Assembly: GCF_018350175.1 (NCBI RefSeq)
Contig: NC_058368.1
Coordinates: 29,576,001 to 29,640,000, forward strand
From: Felis catus
Lineage: Eukaryota
Direction of reading: 5' to 3'
Length of the DNA: 64,000 bases
The notes beneath the pieces are model-generated. The model was given only the letters and a program-made list of their open reading frames with translations, searched no databases and had not been told where the DNA came from. Shown one piece after another: positions 59,301-64,000 of the stretch. Each line of letters starts with the position of its first letter. The stretch's first letter is position 1. A program made the position numbers and the translations under genes.

Positions 59301-60936
59301 TTGTACGTAAGAGATCATCAGCATTGATCTGGTTCCTTTGTCTGCACTATGCATATTCTATTGTGGATTCATTTTACACCAAGAGATGTGATCTTGGAAA
59401 TGTCTGGGAACTTGTGGGCAAATTGGAAATACTCATTTACGCACAACTGTTACTGTTTGGACCATCCTTGTAAATTGTTTCTGAAATTAACTCTTAGCCT
59501 CTCTTCCTGCCTCTGCCTACCTACTTCCTGCCCCCCAAATCAGCTAAAATCCTATATATGTTGCCAATCCATTAGGGCAGTAACAGTGGTAGCTATTCTG
59601 TACATTTTGTGGTACACAAATGTGGCCACACAAATGTGGCCAGGTGTACTGTTACATATACACTACCTCATTTATAACAGCCTTGTGAAGTAGTGATAAC
59701 ATCTTACTATATCTCAGAAAAATGAAGTCAAAGTTAAGTTCCTTGCCCAAATTTACTCCACTGATAAGTGACAGAGCAGGGATTTGAACCTAGGCCTGTG
59801 AGACTCCACTGCCATGCTGTAACTGCCTCTTCAGGTTTATGAGTTGTGCAGTGAGTGATTTTTATTAATCACCTGTCTGACAAGCAGAAAATGTGCAAGT
59901 TGTTGAACTGTTTGATTCTACTTGTATGTGGGCTGGGAAAGCATATTCTTAAAAAGGTCAGAATATTAACAGTTTCTTAAGTAGGAAAGCCTATTGGGAA
60001 TACAGATCTCTTAATAGAAGGTATTGTAAGCAGGTTGTCTTGATTTGTGTTGAAGGTGCTGTGTTGTTTTTTTTTTAAATCCAGGCAATTACAGACAAAT
60101 GAGATACACTTAACAACTATTACAAGTATAGGAAGACTGGCACCTCATGCTGATCACTTCTTGGGATAATAATGATATGCACCTTGTAGGCTGTTAGGAG
60201 TTAAAGGAGTTTATTTTAATCCAGAGGGCTCTAAAAACTAAATTTGTGTGTGAACTTACAATATGAAGTCCTATTTTGATGTAGAAATATTAATATGTTT
60301 AATTACAGAATGCTAGCACAAATCCTGCTGATGTTAAAAAATAAATGCTGTATCTGTATTGTATTCTAGAACCCAAAATTCTGAATTGAGAAACACATCT
60401 GACTCCAAGGGTTTTGAAAGAATTATGTACCTGTATCTATAAAGTGCAAAGCGCAGTGCTTAATATTATAGATAATGTCAGATTATTTTATATGCGTTTA
60501 GGCTGAGAGGTTTAAATCCTATAGAAAGCCTTTTTGTTACAAGTTCAGTCCTGTAAAATTCAAGATTCTGTCTGAGGAAAGTATCAGTTAATTGAAAATT
60601 GTTAGTATAATTTTTAAACTTGATACTTTTGAAGCATAAGAGTTCATAGAAAGAGTCTTTAATTTGAATGGGTAGTTATTTTAATTAAGCAGAGCTTAAA
60701 TAGTAGACATATTGTCAGCAGTATTTTTAAAAGACTTGTAGAATGTTAAGGGACTTCTTTTCAGAAGTTTTGTAGTTTTAATTCCATTTTAATTTAAATG
60801 TCAAAACGGAGTAAAACTGTTAGGATTTATAAAAACAAGTTGCAAAATCACGCCACTTATAAACTATGAATTCTGTCCCATTATTTCCATGAGTGTAGAG
60901 AAGCTGACGTTTTTACAAGAGTTCATCAATCCTATT

Positions 60937-61372
60937 TTCTCACCAAAGAATGGGGAATGTCAGCCTTAAAAATAAAAGAGTTATTTTACCACCAAAATGA
61001 GTTAATTTGGGAATAGCAGAAGAAATGCAATTTGAAACATGAAAACTATGGCAAACCATAGGCAACTCTAGGAATGAAGGAGAGGGGCTTGCTTTTATAG
61101 AGGAAAGGAAGAGGTTGGGAGGGAGAGTTCGAAGGGAAGTTTGGAGGAGGAGAAGAATTCAGGCTTGTGGTTACTTCTCATTGGCTGAGATGTGGCAGTT
61201 TCTCATTGGATGACCAGGACTCAGGTTTTCTGCAGTTAGTGATTTTGTTCCTCAGTACCAGGAAGGACCTTTTTTGGTTGTCATGTCTCACAGTGGAGAG
61301 AAAGTACCCAGGTTGGAAACCGTTTAGGCCACATTTGAGTAAAAAGGAAGGGTAGGAGGGGGAATTCGGGCA
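60937..61372 (-). mobile_element. ERV1-class LTR (3' LTR of the provirus below)
   Basis: Antisense LTR features (cttttatag TATA, two ctcattgg CCAAT boxes) and a PPT-like aagtgggaaa on the - strand; boundaries approximate. Confidence 0.55.
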
Positions 61373-61841
61373 TTTCCCACTTAAAGCCTATATCTTGTAA
61401 GTGTTGTAAGGGTGGGGAGATCAGCTCAAAATGTTGAGCTAACATTACCCTGTTGGGCATATTGTTTTTTACAAAGGGTTGGTGGCCATGGGTACAAAGC
61501 TTAATAACAGTTCTACAAAGCAAAATTAAAAGTAATAGTGACAAGTCCAGTTCAGTGATTCTAAACCAGGAGGCCAGACCTGAAAGTAACCAGCTGAAGT
61601 GATCAAAGGACCATGGATTGTTAGATGAAATGTGCTAATTTCCTAATTTTGTGTAGTTGAATTTCTGCTTTCCCAGAGGAATTTATCCATGTGCAACAGG
61701 AAGTATTGGCAGTCACACAGATACCTCCTTGTTCATTAAGTATACAATCAAGGGCTATACAATTAGCTAGAACTGCTCTAGCCAGTGAGTCAAGTCATTG
61801 TTGGTATGCTGCTTGTTGCCTTGGCTACAAAGTTGGCTAGC

Positions 61842-61935
61842 TTTCTGATCATGCAGTCATTAGCACTTATTCTGGCCTAAGAGAGAGATTTCTGATCATG
61901 CAGTCATTAGCACTTATTCTGGCCTAAGAGAGAAA
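61842..61935. repeat. 47-bp tandem duplication
   Basis: 61842-61886 is identical to 61889-61933. Confidence 0.95.
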
Positions 61936-63178
61936 GGCTATCTCTATGGAAGCAAACCGGGAGTCCTATTTGCCTCAAGGAAGTTCCTGTTCAGGGTGAC
62001 TGTGGAGGCTTAATGGGCTGGGCTTCGTAGTAGGATTCTCATTGTTATGACGACAGAACAGTAATTACAGTAAGAGCACACTGCCCTTTCATTGTCCAGC
62101 TGTTAAGATGATAAGTTACCTAAGCATAGGGGCAATTTGCCAAAACCACCACATGTGAAGGAGTAGCTGGAATGTGTATATATATGATTTCCTCATAAGT
62201 AGTAGTAGTTATGGACCCATTGGTCCATATAGAGGTGTTTGCATCATTCAGCCAAGACTCAAATGCTGTATTCTATATTGAAAGACCACCCAGATACATG
62301 GGTTTGACAGCAGATCTGCAATGGTCTGATTTATGGTGACTGCTGTGCAGTATCTTTCAAATCTGTATTTGATGGATCACATTCTCCCATCCTAGGGTTG
62401 GATTAAATTGAGGCAGGGATTGGTGGTATGTGGATTTAGTATTTCAATTTTGTAAAAAGGACCTGTGGAACAATTCAGGCTTACAGTTGCATCTGGGATT
62501 CCAACAGAATTACTTACATGGTAAACTAAGGGGTCATGGACAGATAGTGGTTTCTGATAACAAATCCAGTAATTGTAGCAGCTTACCCTTTTTGCAAGAT
62601 ACTGGGAAATGATGACAGAAGTATTACCCTTCCATGGAAAAGGGAGAAGAAAACGGGAGAACAAGCAAGGGAAAGAAGGTATATAGGTGCAGTCATCCCA
62701 GAAAGCCACCTGCTTGGGAAATACTTTCTTTCAGGTCACCTGTTGGTGCACAAGTCCAGTTCGGGTTTGGTGCTTTGTTTGGAAGTGATACATGGATCCA
62801 AAAATCTCTTTGGTGGTAGAAAAATTGAGCCTTTCTAACAGAGTTGAAGAGTCTTTCTAGAGATGTCATTTCCAATAGATTAAATCTCTGAGTTACAAGA
62901 AGTGATGCTTGAGGTCTTTGTCTCCTAGGAGTGCACTGTTGAAAGACTGTTCTACCAGAGCATGGTTATTTTCAACAGAAGTAATTAGACCTTTACAGTA
63001 TTAGAGTATATTTCCTTTTCTTGACTATGAATCAAAGAAGCAGGAGCCATATGGATTGGATGCCTTGAGGGAGAGTTTCTGGATTCTGAAAGACTAATGG
63101 CAGTGCTTTTGGCCTGGGTATGTATATATGTATGTATGTATTCTAAAAATGCAGTGTTAATGACATCTTACGACTTCA

Positions 63179-63387
63179 TTTTTTAGAGAGTGGGCACAAA
63201 TGAGGGGCAGACAGGGAAAGTGAATCCCATGAGGGGCAGAGAGAGATGGAGAGAGAATCCCACATAGGCTTCGTCCTGTCAGCACGGGGCTTGAGCTCAC
63301 CCCATGCAGGACTTGTGCTCATGAATCATGAGATCATGACCTGAGCTGAAGTCAGATGCTTAACTGACTGAGCCACCCAGTTGCCCC
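63179..63387 (-). mobile_element. CanSINE inserted in the ERV
   Basis: Antisense body ending cacccagttgcccc; TSD-like ttggcctg(g/a)gtat. Confidence 0.85.
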
Positions 63388-64000
63388 TTGGCCTGAGTAT
63401 TTAAAAGAGTCTCTACAAATTTTGCCACTTGAGCCTTAATGATGCCATTAGTGTGTATTTGACTAGCTGAGGATTGAGGATGGTAAGCACAATGCAAGTG
63501 TTGTAGAATGGCTAATAAGCACAGGTCTTTAAAACCCTTGACCAGGGAACTGAGTTCCCTGGTCATTATGAAGTTCAAGGGGATTCCCCAGGTAGAGACA
63601 GTCTTTTCTAATGGTATTTTAGCCACAGAAAAGGCAGTAGCCTGCCTAATAAGGGAAAGCTTCAGTCCAGGGAGAAAACATACAAACCATGACTAAAACA
63701 TACTTCTATCTATGAAACTGGGGATAGGGGAGAGGTTGATTGAAATCCATTTGCCAGACTTTGAATTGTCCATTGGGCAATTTAAAGTATCCAGGAACAG
63801 TACAGGTCACTTTCCTTGGGTTGTATTTGGAGTAAGTGGAGCAGGCAAAGTAGGTACTTTTTGCATCTGTATTGATAGTTCCCTACCAGTACTGGTTCAT
63901 AATTTCATCAGAAGAGCTATATTTGAAAGCATATACAGTGTGCAAATTTTAAGGCCTCTGGTATGACTGGGTTTGTACTGTTTGGCCAAACCACAGTTCT

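Larger units (their letters stand above)
61373..64000 (-). mobile_element. Degenerate ERV1 (gamma-like) provirus internal region: env and pol-integrase remnants
   Basis: env TM peptide LDSLARAVLANCIALDCILNEQGGICVTANTSCCTWINSSG (61794 downward); integrase peptide WGIP...LHCAYHPQSSA...NGIIKAQ (~63430-63600). Confidence 0.88.

Noticed and set aside
1..64000. CRISPR arrays, rRNA, bona fide tRNA genes, prokaryotic systems
   Set aside because: No repeat-spacer array or RNA-gene match seen; tRNA-like A/B boxes all belong to CanSINE heads

Overview
Felid (cat-family) genomic DNA, identified by Felidae-type CanSINEs and carnivore L1s. The + strand carries the last coding exon and 3'UTR of ELF1 (2686-~4726), then a repeat-rich spacer. 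A CpG-island promoter follows, then the complete 13-coding-exon SUGT1 gene (ATG 12812 to TAA 55911; 333 aa, or 337 aa with the upstream exon-8 acceptor). All SUGT1 exons join in frame with GT-AG sites. Introns hold about 28 CanSINEs, MIR/L2, DNA-transposon MITEs and an old near-full-length L1 with a younger L1 and SINEs nested inside. The window ends in a degenerate ERV1-class provirus (LTR, env TM remnant, integrase remnant) on the - strand. The most unusual observations are: (1) a poly(A)-only retro-insertion whose 16-bp target-site duplication copied the exon-10 splice donor and made a possible recursive splice site; (2) an unexplained ~137-nt, 50% GC, CpG-undepleted, hairpin-forming island in SUGT1 intron 5; (3) a telomere-like (TTAGGG) tract in intron 12 overlapping a candidate stop-containing pseudoexon; (4) three in-frame acceptors 12 nt apart at exon 8. 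All structure and repeat-family calls were made by eye, with no searches run.
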